The translations under genes were made by a program, and so were the position numbers. The notes beneath the pieces were generated by a model. The model was not told where the DNA came from and ran no database searches. It saw only the letters and a program-made list of their open reading frames with translations. 64,000 nt of DNA from Longimicrobiales bacterium. Its GTDB lineage: Bacteria > Gemmatimonadota > Gemmatimonadetes > Longimicrobiales > Gaopeijiaceae. Position 1 is the stretch's first letter, and every line of letters starts with the position of its first letter. This document shows positions 9,696-19,474 of this stretch, one piece after another. Location of the stretch: assembly GCA_965248195.1 (NCBI GenBank), contig CBDFIQ010000002.1:1888001-1952000 (forward strand), written 5' to 3'.

Positions 9696-11536
9696 ACGGT
9701 CAGTCGTCTGTGGTAGGTGACCCACTCCGCCACCACCAACAGCAGGGCCAGGAGGAGGAGGAAAATCCATAATTCCTCGCTGGGACCCGGCTCCGCCCCT
9801 GCCACCACGATCGGGGGGGCGGCCGTGATCTCGCCAGAGGCGAGGCCCGAATCGTTGACGGAGGAACGCTCGGCACTGGCCAGGTTGACGGCCACTCGAA
9901 GCCGTCTTTCGCCCTCGGCCACCACCGTATAGAGGCCCGGCTGATCCGCCAGGAAGACCGTGCGATCGGACAGCGGCCAAGCGACGATCTCGCTGCCCTC
10001 GAGGTCCGTGACGGCGGCCATAGGAAGTGGCACCTCGACCCGGCCCGGCGCTCGAGCCAGGGCAACCTGCTCATCCGTCAACCACTGCATGGCGTTCGCG
10101 AGGAAGATCGGGAAGCCCGGGTGGAGTGGAAAATTCGAATCCTCGAGCGCAAACGACACCCGTAGGATCCGATCTTCCTGGTCAGTAACCAAAATCAGCG
10201 GCAGCGACCTGTTCCCGACAACGATCTCAGAGACCGGCACCCTTCCCGGTTCACCCACAGAGGACTGTGGCCTCGACTGACTCTCCGCGGGCACCGCAAT
10301 TCGTGCCGCCCGATCGATACGTAGATCCTCCAGCGCCACGAAGCGGAGCACCCGATGAGCTGGATTCCAACCCGGTACCTCCGGAACCTCCACGACATCG
10401 AGCGTCGGGGTCAGCCACTCCACGTTGGGCGGCAAGAACAGCAAGGCCGGTCCACGCGGTGCCTGAGGGGGAGCGAAGCGATCGAAGATGTATACGTCCG
10501 CCGAGACCTGGGGGCTGTATTGGGCGGGGCGCATCACCTCCAGAGACAACCTCGGTTCGTTCGCCAATACGTTTTCGAGGTACAGGCTGCCCGGCGTGAT
10601 CAGCGCGACCCGGGTCTGAGTCCGGATCGGTAAGAACCCAAATGCGTAGTCGTCGGCAGCGAATGCGTCGGAGTCCGCCGTAACCACGGCTCGCACGGGG
10701 CCGCGCCCGAAGCCATCCAATTCGATGAACCGCGCCCGTGTCTCACCCGCCTGGAGGGTGAGCGTGTCGCGTATTCCGCCCTCAACGCTTCCAGTCAGCC
10801 GAAGTGTGATCCGCTTCGCCACGGGCGACGCATTTTTCACTTGGACAAAAGCATGGTAGCGCGTCGGTTCGGACGGTAACGCTTCGATTTCAAAAACCGT
10901 GATGCCAACATTGTGGGCAGGCTCGAACACGGAAATCAACGTCGCCTCTGGCGGAATCCCGTCCACCATTACGCCATCCGAAACGAAAAATACCTCAGAC
11001 TCGACCTCGGGCAGATCCGGGAACTCGGGCTCACCACCCAGGGACACGGTGAGTCCAGCGAGCGCCTCCAAGGCCGAGCGCCGGTCGCCGGGCTCCCTGG
11101 GCGGGGCCTGGCCCGACGTGTCGAGAATAAGGAATTTTCCGCTCGCGCTCCCTTGTCTCAAGAATCGGCCCGCATGCGCCACCGCGTGCTCCCAACGCGT
11201 GAACCCGTCCCCCGTGCGGGTTGCCATGGTAGCGGAATTATCGATCACGACCGTGATGTTGCGAATATCTCTACTTGGGGAGGAAAGCTCGGGACGCCCG
11301 ATCCCGGCGGCGACGGAAAGTGCGATCGTCAGCGCCAGCATCAGCGAGATCCACCATCGCAATCGGTCGAAGAAGGTGTTCCTCTTCTTCTCCCTGAGTA
11401 GGCGGTCCCAAAGCAACGTCGATGGAACGATGACCCGACGGGGAGGCGGCTTGAGCCAATACAGGAATACGACAGCAGCCACCGTAGAGCCCAGCAGGAT
11501 TCCCACCATCCCCGCGCTCATCCCGAGAAATATCAT
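9692..11536 (-). CDS. BatA-N/VWA domain membrane protein
   Basis: N-terminal LYWLK...VPSTLLW double-TM, DNSATM MIDAS, C-terminal ELW...AEW anchor; ATG at 11536. Confidence 0.85.
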   Translation of the reverse strand: MIFLGMSAGMVGILLGSTVAAVVFLYWLKPPPRRVIVPSTLLWDRLLREKKRNTFFDRLRWWISLMLALTIALSVAAGIGRPELSSPSRDIRNITVVIDNSATMATRTGDGFTRWEHAVAHAGRFLRQGSASGKFLILDTSGQAPPREPGDRRSALEALAGLTVSLGGEPEFPDLPEVESEVFFVSDGVMVDGIPPEATLISVFEPAHNVGITVFEIEALPSEPTRYHAFVQVKNASPVAKRITLRLTGSVEGGIRDTLTLQAGETRARFIELDGFGRGPVRAVVTADSDAFAADDYAFGFLPIRTQTRVALITPGSLYLENVLANEPRLSLEVMRPAQYSPQVSADVYIFDRFAPPQAPRGPALLFLPPNVEWLTPTLDVVEVPEVPGWNPAHRVLRFVALEDLRIDRAARIAVPAESQSRPQSSVGEPGRVPVSEIVVGNRSLPLILVTDQEDRILRVSFALEDSNFPLHPGFPIFLANAMQWLTDEQVALARAPGRVEVPLPMAAVTDLEGSEIVAWPLSDRTVFLADQPGLYTVVAEGERRLRVAVNLASAERSSVNDSGLASGEITAAPPIVVAGAEPGPSEELWIFLLLLALLLVVAEWVTYHRRLTV

Positions 11537-12423
11537 CTGAGGAACCGGCCCTGGCGGAAAACCTGGAGAATCAGGTCCTCGAAGGGGACATCGGTCGTGG
11601 CCCGTAGGTAGCCCCAACCGTGCTTCCGACAATAGGCGCCGACTTCCTCACAGTGCTCGTCGAACTGGTCGGCGTAGGCCTCGAGGAGCGCCGGCGTAAT
11701 CCTGACGCGCTGGGAGGTCCCGAGCTCCGCATCTTCGAGAAGCACCTCGTCGGGAAGGTCGGGCTGTGCCTCCTCGGGGGTGTGGACATGGACGGCGAAG
11801 AGATCTTGGCGGAAGAAGCGGAGCATATCGAACGCCTTGGCGAACCCCTCCTCATCCAAGAAATCGGACACCACCACCACCAGTCCGCGGCGCCGGCGAG
11901 AGGAGAAGAAACCCCTGAACGCTTTCTCCATCGAGGTCGCCCCACGAGCTTCAACGGACTCCAGAAAACGGAATGCGTGCCAGACCTGGTGCTTCCCCCG
12001 ACGTGCGGAGAGCTCCTGGGCAATTCCGTCGGCGAAACCCACGAGGTTGACGCGGTCCTGGTTCAGGAGCCCGACGTAGCACAGTGCCGCTGAGATTTTT
12101 CGAGCGTAGTCGAACTTCGCGGGCGCACCGTAATCCATTGATGCACTCGCGTCGAAGAAGATGTAAATGGGAAGGTCCGCGTCCTCCTCAAAGAGCCTCA
12201 GAATCAGCTTGTCGGTGCGCAAGTACGTACGCCAATCGACGTTCTTGGTGTCTTCCCCCGATACGTATTGCCGGTAGTCGGCAAACTCGATCCCCGAGTC
12301 GGTCTTTTTCTTGGCCCGATGCTCCCCATGCAGGTGTCCGGGGATCATGTGGTTGGAGACGAGGTTGAGGTATTCGAGCTTCTTCAAGAACTCGTCGTCG
12401 AAGAGCGTTCCGTTCTCACCCAT
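11533..12423 (-). CDS. DUF58 domain protein
   Basis: GIEFADYRQY..G.D...VDW, DASASM and VVSDF motifs. Confidence 0.92.
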   Translation of the reverse strand: MGENGTLFDDEFLKKLEYLNLVSNHMIPGHLHGEHRAKKKTDSGIEFADYRQYVSGEDTKNVDWRTYLRTDKLILRLFEEDADLPIYIFFDASASMDYGAPAKFDYARKISAALCYVGLLNQDRVNLVGFADGIAQELSARRGKHQVWHAFRFLESVEARGATSMEKAFRGFFSSRRRRGLVVVVSDFLDEEGFAKAFDMLRFFRQDLFAVHVHTPEEAQPDLPDEVLLEDAELGTSQRVRITPALLEAYADQFDEHCEEVGAYCRKHGWGYLRATTDVPFEDLILQVFRQGRFLR

Positions 12424-12447
12424 TCGATGAAGGCCGGGCTCCCCGAC

Positions 12448-13446
12448 TTACTCCGAGGGTTCTGGAGTGTCCTTCATGATCGCCTCCAGGATCGTGTCGG
12501 TGTCGATTCGCTCCGCCTCGCCCTCGAAGTTGAGCAGCACGCGGTGGCGCAGCGCGGGAAGCATGAAGGCACGAATATCCTCGCAGGACACATGGACACG
12601 GCCGTTGAGCAACGCGCTTACTTTGCCCCCGATCACGAGCGTCTGGGTTCCGCGCGGACTCGCCCCAAAACGGGCGTACCGCTGCGTCAGCGGGTGCGTG
12701 TGCTCCGTGTCGGGATGGGTTGCAAGTGTCAGGCGGATCGCGTAGTCCTGAATGGCTCGTGCGATCGGAACCGAGCGAGCCGTGTCGCGCATCACCAGAA
12801 TCTGATCGCGGTCGAGCACCATCTCCGCCTCGGGCTCTTCGCGGCGGGTGGTCCGATCCATGATTTCGTGCATGTGATGCGCTTCCGGGTACTCGATCTT
12901 AAGCTTGTAGAAGAACCGGTCGAGCTGTGCTTCGGGCAGCGGGTAGGTCCCTTCCATCTCGAGCGGATTCTGAGTGGCGAGAACGAAAAAAGGAGGGGGG
13001 AGACGGTGCGTCGTAGTACCCACCGTGACGCTGCGCTCCTGCATCGCCTCCAGGAGCGCAGATTGGGTCTTCGGGGTGGCACGATTGATCTCGTCGGCCA
13101 GGAGGATGTGGGTAAAGATCGGTCCTCGTTGGAACGCGAGATGTTTTTCGCCGGTGTCGCTCTCGTGCACCACGTCACTCCCCACAATGTCGCCCGGCAT
13201 GAGGTCCGGCGTGAACTGGATGCGTGAGAAAGTCAGATGCAGAACGTCCGCCACCGTCGCTACGATCTTGGTCTTTCCGATCCCCGGAATTCCCTCGAGC
13301 AGCACATGTCCCTTGGCGATCAAGCTGATCAGGGTTCCGTCGATGACCTCATCACATCCGACGATGACCCTCCCGATCTCGTCCTTGACCTTCTGAAACT
13401 GCTCAGTGAACTCACTGACCTGAGTGTCGAGTTGCGTTGTCGTCAT
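12448..13446 (-). CDS. MoxR family AAA+ ATPase
   Basis: GIPGIGKT, RIQFTPDLMP, LADEINR and ATQNP.E.EGTYPLPEAQLDRF motifs. Confidence 0.95.
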   Translation of the reverse strand: MTTTQLDTQVSEFTEQFQKVKDEIGRVIVGCDEVIDGTLISLIAKGHVLLEGIPGIGKTKIVATVADVLHLTFSRIQFTPDLMPGDIVGSDVVHESDTGEKHLAFQRGPIFTHILLADEINRATPKTQSALLEAMQERSVTVGTTTHRLPPPFFVLATQNPLEMEGTYPLPEAQLDRFFYKLKIEYPEAHHMHEIMDRTTRREEPEAEMVLDRDQILVMRDTARSVPIARAIQDYAIRLTLATHPDTEHTHPLTQRYARFGASPRGTQTLVIGGKVSALLNGRVHVSCEDIRAFMLPALRHRVLLNFEGEAERIDTDTILEAIMKDTPEPSE

Positions 13447-15035
13447 TTTCTCTCGTCGGGCCGAATGGCCAAGAAATATTTTTTTACCAGGCTCCGGTAC
13501 CGCCAAGGAATTCGCTCGGCGTTCAACGCCGAGCCCTGGGAGTAGCGTAAGGGCGCCCGCACGTCACGGTACTGCACGATGGAAGCTTGCTGACGACTGG
13601 CCTCCTGGAAGAGATCTTCGGGGTCCAACTCCTGGTCCTCTTCTGAGTCAGGCGGGGTACCGTCCATCACCTCGAGCGCGAATTGCGCTTCCAACGTCGT
13701 GCTGGCGCCGAGTTCGAGATCACCACCTGACGGATCCCCCGTCGCATTGCCCGCCGGGCCAGTCTGGGTCCCTGGCGAGCCGCCCTCAGACCGTGTGACC
13801 TCGGAGGATGGTGCGGCCATCGACGCATCGGTTCGCTCGCCGGCGACGGATTGGCTCTGAGCCATCTGCATCTGCATCTGTCCCGGCGAACCCCCGGGCT
13901 GCTGGGCCAGTGCCTCCTGCATCGCCTGAGCCGCCTCTGCGGCCTCGTTATTCGCTTCCTGGCGTGCCCGCCCTTGAGCGATTTCCTCGAGCGCAGCCGC
14001 CACCCGGTCCATCGCCTCTTGGGCATCGGAGAGGCGGTCCTCCGACATGGCGTTGGCGGCCTCTTGCAACGCCGCGAGCAACTGGTCGATGACCGGCTCA
14101 TCGATCTCCGAGGCTTCCTGCAGACGAGCTTCCAACCCCGCCAATTCCTGGCCGTCCAGGTCGCCTAGTCGCTCGGCGAGATCCCGCAAGAGATCAGCCG
14201 CGTCTGTAAGTTCCTGGTTCATCAGAGCGTTGACGAATTCGGCTAGCTCGCTCGATCCCGCAAACTCCGCTACCAACTCGTCGAGGGCGTCGCGAGTGGC
14301 AGTCATCTCCAGATTCCCCTCGTCGAGTGCATCCTGCGCCTCCCGCAAATCGCGGAGAAGCTCGTCGAAGGACGTTTCTGCCGCTTCGAGCTCCTCAAGC
14401 GCCGCCTCGAGCAGGGCTTGGGCCTCTTCATCCAAAAGCTCGTCGCCCTCGCCATCGATGAGGTCGCGTAGCTCGTCGGCATACGCTTCCCGTTCACGCT
14501 CAAAGCGAGTGGAGTCCGATTCGGCCGCGAACGTCAGAAGCGGTCCGTCCGAGGGCACGAGCGCCATCGCCTCCACGAGTCCGAAGAGCACCAGCGCGAC
14601 CCCAAACCGCTTGGGGATCGTAACCGGGACCAGGCCCCTCGGATCCAGTCGGCGAGCCGTTTCCGCGGCACGCCCGACCAAGAGATCGGTCCAAGGTGAA
14701 GAGTCGTCCTGTCTCATGAACCAGTACGCGCTCTTTATTTCGTCGTTCAAGCCAGCGCGCAGATCGGCGACCCCGGCGGCGCGCTCGAGCTGCCTACCTC
14801 CGATTTGGGACCAGAGGAGGAACGCCGTGAAGGCAGCAGACCCGGCCGCGACGATCAGGCCGCCCGAGGGCACGCTGACCGGAACCAGGAGCGGCGCCAC
14901 TTCGATAAGCAGAAGGACGCCGAGCACCAAGCAAGTAGCGACGGAAAGGTGGCGGAGCGTCTGGTTGAAGCGAACCTTGAGATCGATACGCCTCAGCACC
15001 GTAGTGATCGTGGACCGCTCGATTGCCCTACTCAC
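13443..15035 (-). CDS. Membrane-anchored acidic coiled-coil protein of the MoxR operon
   Basis: N-terminal TMs, long E/A/L-rich coil, C-terminal IPWRYRSLVKKYF; overlaps the MoxR start. Confidence 0.75.
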   Translation of the reverse strand: MSRAIERSTITTVLRRIDLKVRFNQTLRHLSVATCLVLGVLLLIEVAPLLVPVSVPSGGLIVAAGSAAFTAFLLWSQIGGRQLERAAGVADLRAGLNDEIKSAYWFMRQDDSSPWTDLLVGRAAETARRLDPRGLVPVTIPKRFGVALVLFGLVEAMALVPSDGPLLTFAAESDSTRFEREREAYADELRDLIDGEGDELLDEEAQALLEAALEELEAAETSFDELLRDLREAQDALDEGNLEMTATRDALDELVAEFAGSSELAEFVNALMNQELTDAADLLRDLAERLGDLDGQELAGLEARLQEASEIDEPVIDQLLAALQEAANAMSEDRLSDAQEAMDRVAAALEEIAQGRARQEANNEAAEAAQAMQEALAQQPGGSPGQMQMQMAQSQSVAGERTDASMAAPSSEVTRSEGGSPGTQTGPAGNATGDPSGGDLELGASTTLEAQFALEVMDGTPPDSEEDQELDPEDLFQEASRQQASIVQYRDVRAPLRYSQGSALNAERIPWRYRSLVKKYFLAIRPDERK

Positions 15036-15158
15036 CAGCGACCTTTTTCGAGGTTGGGCGCCTAGACGTATTGTGAACCATGGGGCACTCCCGGTGGACC
15101 GAGGTAGCAGGCTAAACTGACGCCACCGCAGAAGAGGAGCAAGAGAGGGCCGGCGGTT

Positions 15159-16373
15159 CTATTTCGAAACTGTGTTTCCGCCAGCGTTTTGACCACGGTG
15201 GAGGGCACTGCGAGCGGCCCGGGCGATAGCGCCATATCTGGCGGACCACCCCTCCATACTTGCGTCGCGCTCGGCCACGCCGACAGTCACGGTCAGGGAC
15301 CACTCGGCGGAGGAAGACTCAGCGCCTACACCCCTGCCGTTCTGCGCAGCCTTGGGGTGCATCGCGAACCGAAAGTTTTCGATCTCCGCTCGCAGGTTTT
15401 CGAGATCGCCGAGGACCTCGTTGCGCCCCTTCCCGGCGAAGACCAGCGCGAAATGCTCGCCACTGTAGCGGAAGGGGAGTGCGTGCCGGCCCACCATCTT
15501 CACTTCTTTGGCAATTTCTCTTAGGACGCGGTCGCTCGCGTCCCGTCCATAACGGTCGTGGAGGGTCTTGTAGTGATCGATACCCACCAGGGCCAGCGCA
15601 TAAGAGGGCCCTAAGCGCCTGATCTCGCGCCGCATGGCTCTCCGTGCTGGGAGGAGCGTGACCTTGTCATAGAGGGAGAGCGCGTAGGATTTCTCGAGCA
15701 CGTTTACGATCAGCATGAGACCGGCAATGGTCAGGTAAACCGTAGACTCCACGGATTCGGAACCGCCTCCCAGAGCCAACAGAAGCGCCACGGCGACCCA
15801 AAAGAAGCCCTTGTCCAGGCGATGGCGGCGCCAGCGGGCAAGGCCTCCGATGGCCAGGAGCGTGAACAGGCCTACGATAAGCCCCGCATCCGACAACCGC
15901 AGTCGGGAGAGGTCCCAGGGAAGGAAGGATTGCCAAGTCCATGACAAGAACTCGGGTCGCACAGCCCAGACCATGAGTCCACCGGTCAATCCCGCCAGGA
16001 TGATCGCCGGCTGAACGAGCCCCCGGGCCGAGAGAACTCCCCGATCCTTCATCGCTGTGACCACCGGGAGTAGAAACAGGAACAGCACGCCGCTGGCATC
16101 CCAGACCGACCCAACTCCCGGCTCCAGCGTGGAACTCGAAGGTCGAAGGAGCACGTCCATCATGAAGAGGCCGAGCAGGACCGCCGCCACACGGCTGCGG
16201 CGGAATCGCCAAGCGAGAAAAAACCCGGCGCCGTAGACCGCTAGCGGATACAAGCGGGTCGTCGCTACGAGCCAGGGTGTGTCCGCCGCGAAGGTGGCAA
16301 GTAGGACACTCAGGAGAAGGAAAATCAGACCGGGCCAGACCCAGCCCCGCACGACTTTTACCTTCATCAACAT
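15159..16373 (-). CDS. Membrane GGDEF-domain protein, degenerate active site
   Basis: Multiple TMs, then D.VT.LP.R, IDHYK..HD.YG and FRYSGEHF. Confidence 0.8.
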   Translation of the reverse strand: MLMKVKVVRGWVWPGLIFLLLSVLLATFAADTPWLVATTRLYPLAVYGAGFFLAWRFRRSRVAAVLLGLFMMDVLLRPSSSTLEPGVGSVWDASGVLFLFLLPVVTAMKDRGVLSARGLVQPAIILAGLTGGLMVWAVRPEFLSWTWQSFLPWDLSRLRLSDAGLIVGLFTLLAIGGLARWRRHRLDKGFFWVAVALLLALGGGSESVESTVYLTIAGLMLIVNVLEKSYALSLYDKVTLLPARRAMRREIRRLGPSYALALVGIDHYKTLHDRYGRDASDRVLREIAKEVKMVGRHALPFRYSGEHFALVFAGKGRNEVLGDLENLRAEIENFRFAMHPKAAQNGRGVGAESSSAEWSLTVTVGVAERDASMEGWSARYGAIARAARSALHRGQNAGGNTVSK

Positions 16374-16522
16374 GTTTTCAGGTGGGAACGCGGTGATGAC
16401 CCTCGAGCCGCACCCGGTAATCGGGGGCCCCACTCGCAGAGGGTCGAAGCCTAGTTAGAAAATTAGGAAGCGATGGGGGGCCGGGGCCAGAAGTTTTTCG
16501 GGAATCGGGGGCTTCCATCAAG

Positions 16523-17434
16523 CTAAATATTGTTTTTCTTCGTGTCCCTGATACGTCGGACATCGAGGTCAACACGGGCCCATATGCGATGCGCAACTTC
16601 AGTCGCATCCTCCTCGAATGCTTTGATTCTGTATCTGGAGATCACTCTAGTCGCGGCGGGTTCGGACCCGTCGACGTTGTGGACCGTGACCCGAATGAGA
16701 TCGCCGTCCACCTCCTCGAGATCTACCTTGAAAGAGTCCAGCATGCCGTCAGGCGAGTGAGCCGCCAGCGCACGGTGGAGATCATTCATCCAGCCGCCCC
16801 TGGTCACCGAAGACTTCCATAGAAGGCCCGGTCGGACGGACTCCCGCCGGAGATCGTCACGAGGGCGTCCCACCTGAGGTGAGGAACCTTTGAGAACCCT
16901 GTCCGTACTGCCGACTTGCGCCTGAAGCCCGGGAAACATGCTGGTTTTCGCAACCGCCTGGAGCCTGCGAACCATGCTCGCTCTTGCAACCGGATTGGAC
17001 GCTACTTTGCCATCGGCCACTGTCTGGAAGGCGGTCCGAAGGTCCTTCCGCCACCGGTCGAGTTGGTGAATCGAGAATTCATACGTAACGGTGTTCGACC
17101 CACTGATATCGAAGGGTAGCTTCTCCCCCTCGGGGATCATCTGGATGATGGGCTCGCCCGTGGCGTGTCGGAGGGCCATTCCATACATGACGTTGCCGTC
17201 GTGGCCGTGGAGGTCCGCGATCACTAGATCGGCTTCGATCAACTTCGTCACGATCCCTTCGGTGACAATACTTGGGTTCTTGTCGTGGATCGCAATCTCG
17301 GCTCGGTAACCGAACTCCTCGGCAACCGGTGCGATTACCTCATTGAAGATCCCGTCCATCCGGTCCCGGGGCTGCGAACCTCGCGGCCCGACCGGGCAAA
17401 CCACGAAACAAAATCTCCTCTTCTCCTCCGCCAT
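16523..17434 (-). CDS. Nucleoside 2-deoxyribosyltransferase-like domain protein
   Basis: CFVVCP.G...ADLVIADL...NVMYGMALRHA...LPFDI pattern. Confidence 0.65.
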   Translation of the reverse strand: MAEEKRRFCFVVCPVGPRGSQPRDRMDGIFNEVIAPVAEEFGYRAEIAIHDKNPSIVTEGIVTKLIEADLVIADLHGHDGNVMYGMALRHATGEPIIQMIPEGEKLPFDISGSNTVTYEFSIHQLDRWRKDLRTAFQTVADGKVASNPVARASMVRRLQAVAKTSMFPGLQAQVGSTDRVLKGSSPQVGRPRDDLRRESVRPGLLWKSSVTRGGWMNDLHRALAAHSPDGMLDSFKVDLEEVDGDLIRVTVHNVDGSEPAATRVISRYRIKAFEEDATEVAHRIWARVDLDVRRIRDTKKNNI

Positions 17435-17713
17435 GGCGGTGCTTCTCCTGTTCTGCTTCCCCCGTCAGCGGATCTGGAGGGTGCGGCGGAAACTTGGCGG
17501 CAGAGAGGCTATGCCGAAAGCCACAGTTCGTCCACCACCTCCAGCTCTCCGTTATCTTCCGGCCCCAGAGTGCCTTTAGAGTTCCTGTTGTGAGAAGGCG
17601 GCCGCACGCCAAGATATCACACACTCTTTCTCACTGAATGAAGATCGGGGTGTAGCCGTTGCTCCCACACCGTGCAGGAAGCTAAACCGCAAGGTCTCTC
17701 AGGTCACACCACC

Positions 17714-17739
17714 GCCACCCTCCGAACGATGGGGGTGGC
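17714..17739. repeat. Palindromic element, copy 1
   Basis: GCCACCCTCCGAACGATGGGGGTGGC, near-identical to 18507-18537. Confidence 0.7.
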
Positions 17740-17769
17740 CGCTCCTTGCCCTGGCACCCAGAGAAGTAA

Positions 17770-18414
17770 CTATCCGCCCACGGAGAACGACAGACCGGCG
17801 AGAATGGAGAACGCCCGGTTCTTCACGTCATTGTCGACATCACCACTATCATCGATGTTGGTGAGGCCAAGATCGTAGAAGCCGTCAAGAACCAGAGAGA
17901 GGGTTGGGGTTAGACCGATATTCAGACCAGCACCTACCATACCACCTAAATCGACACTCTTCAGCGGTGTGTCAAGCTGAGGATCGTCGCAGTCGACGCT
18001 CACCGTTAGGCCACCCTGGCTCCTGCTTACGGTGCAGGGGCCAGTCTTGAAGCCTAGGGCTGGGCCCACGAAGAAGTCGAAGCCCACGTTGCCGGTCGTA
18101 GGTGGAGAGAACGTGAGCAAGAGTGGTATCTCAAGGTAGTTCAGCTTGAGCTTCCCCACAGCGCCAGCCTCGGTCTCTTCGCCCCCTTTCTGTACCAGCC
18201 CGACCCCAACTTGCACTCCGAGAACGTTGGACACCGGAACGTTGAAGAATCCGCCGAAGTTCACGGCCGTTCTTGAACTAGGGTTCTCGACATTGTCGCC
18301 TTCCAACGTCGCGAGGCTCAACCCGCCCCGAAAGCCGAGCGTCTGCCCTGCTACGACTGTCGGCAGAGTCAAAAGGAGAGCGGTGACTAGAACCGTCTTG
18401 AGCCGAACCCGCAT
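17770..18414 (-). CDS. Outer-membrane beta-barrel (porin/PorT-like) protein
   Basis: Signal peptide, G.RGGL, YLEIPLL, FVGP and YDLGLTNI motifs, terminal beta strand. Confidence 0.85.
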   Translation of the reverse strand: MRVRLKTVLVTALLLTLPTVVAGQTLGFRGGLSLATLEGDNVENPSSRTAVNFGGFFNVPVSNVLGVQVGVGLVQKGGEETEAGAVGKLKLNYLEIPLLLTFSPPTTGNVGFDFFVGPALGFKTGPCTVSRSQGGLTVSVDCDDPQLDTPLKSVDLGGMVGAGLNIGLTPTLSLVLDGFYDLGLTNIDDSGDVDNDVKNRAFSILAGLSFSVGG

Positions 18415-18506
18415 GAGGGTCTCCTCGTGGTCCAGGGGGGGCGCTGATTCTATCGCTGGCGTCTAGTTAAGCGCAAACGATCCTCAGATGCCCCCTGAAC
18501 GAGAAG

Positions 18507-18537
18507 ACGGCCACCTCCGAACCATGGGGGTGGCCGT
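18507..18537. repeat. Palindromic element, copy 2
   Basis: ACGGCCACCTCCGAACCATGGGGGTGGCCGT. Confidence 0.7.
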
Positions 18538-18619
18538 GTTTCAGGTCGGAGGTCTCGACGGGGAACGAGCGCATGTCTGGATGGGCGGCGGTGGGTGAGC
18601 GACGCTGGACCCTTAGAAC

Positions 18620-19103
18620 TCAATCAACTCCGCCCGAAACCGGCCTCTTTCTCAAGTCGAAGCTATCATGGTCTCGGATCAGGAGCTGTCGCCAAGGGAT
18701 CTCCTCAACTCCACGAGACGGCGCTTGGCCGGGCTTTGGCGCGGTCTTGACGCTCGACTCACCTAGGGCGATCTGTCCTTGGAGCTCGGCTCCGTCCTCC
18801 ACATGCATCCGCCGGGCCTGGATCTCGCCAGAAATCCGGCTTGTTGCCTGAAGTTCGAGGTGCGCTTCAGCGTATACCGCACCTAGGACCCTCCCTGCGA
18901 TTACCGCGTCCGGGGTATAGATGCTGCCACTGACGAGACCGTCCTTGCTGATCACTACGGATTTTCCGGCTCGCACGTTGCCACGGATGGTGCCGTCGAT
19001 GTGAAGCGAACCCAGCGTCTCGGAATCTCCTTCCAGCGTCATGCCTGCTGCGATGACAGAGATCACCATCTCGGGTGGCGTCACCGGGGGCGCATTGGTC
19101 TTG
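18620..19103 (-). pseudogene. Bactofilin (polymer-forming cytoskeletal protein), 5' end cut by IS3
   Basis: SVIAAG..LEGD...LHIDG.I.G beta-helix repeats; the frame runs into the IS end at 19104; internal ATG at 19069. Confidence 0.8.
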
Positions 19104-19153
19104 TGAATCACCCCGGGTTTGCCGGAGACTCCATCAGTTGAGAGGATGGAGTC

Positions 19154-19474
19154 ATGAAAAGGAAAGGACAGTACTCCCCAGAGGTACGGGAGCGAGCCGT
19201 TCGGATGGTTTTCGAGCACGAGCCTGAGTACAGCTCACAGTGGGCGGCGATCTGCTCGATCTCGGAGAAGATCGGGTGCACGGCGGAGACGCTACGTAAA
19301 TGGGTTCGACGAGCGGAGCGAGACACGGGGCAACGGCCCGGTCTCAAGACAGAAGAGCGTGAGCGACTGAAGGTGCTGGAGCGTGAGAATCGTGAGCTGA
19401 AGCGGGCGAACGAGATTCTGCGTAAGGCATCGGCGTATTTCGCACAGGCGGAGCTCGACCGCCGAGTTCGGTGA
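19154..19474 (+). CDS. IS3 transposase OrfA
   Basis: [13 protein letters not shown] and [20 protein letters not shown]. Confidence 0.95.
   Translation: MKRKGQYSPEVRERAVRMVFEHEPEYSSQWAAICSISEKIGCTAETLRKWVRRAERDTGQRPGLKTEERERLKVLERENRELKRANEILRKASAYFAQAELDRRVR

Noticed and set aside
17672..17705. GCTAAACCGCAAGGTCTCTCAGG resembling glycine or c-di-GMP riboswitch fragments
   Set aside because: Remaining consensus elements are absent and there is no same-strand downstream gene
17714..18537. Integron attC cassette
   Set aside because: The palindromes lack RYYYAAC/GTTRRRY ends and no IntI is present
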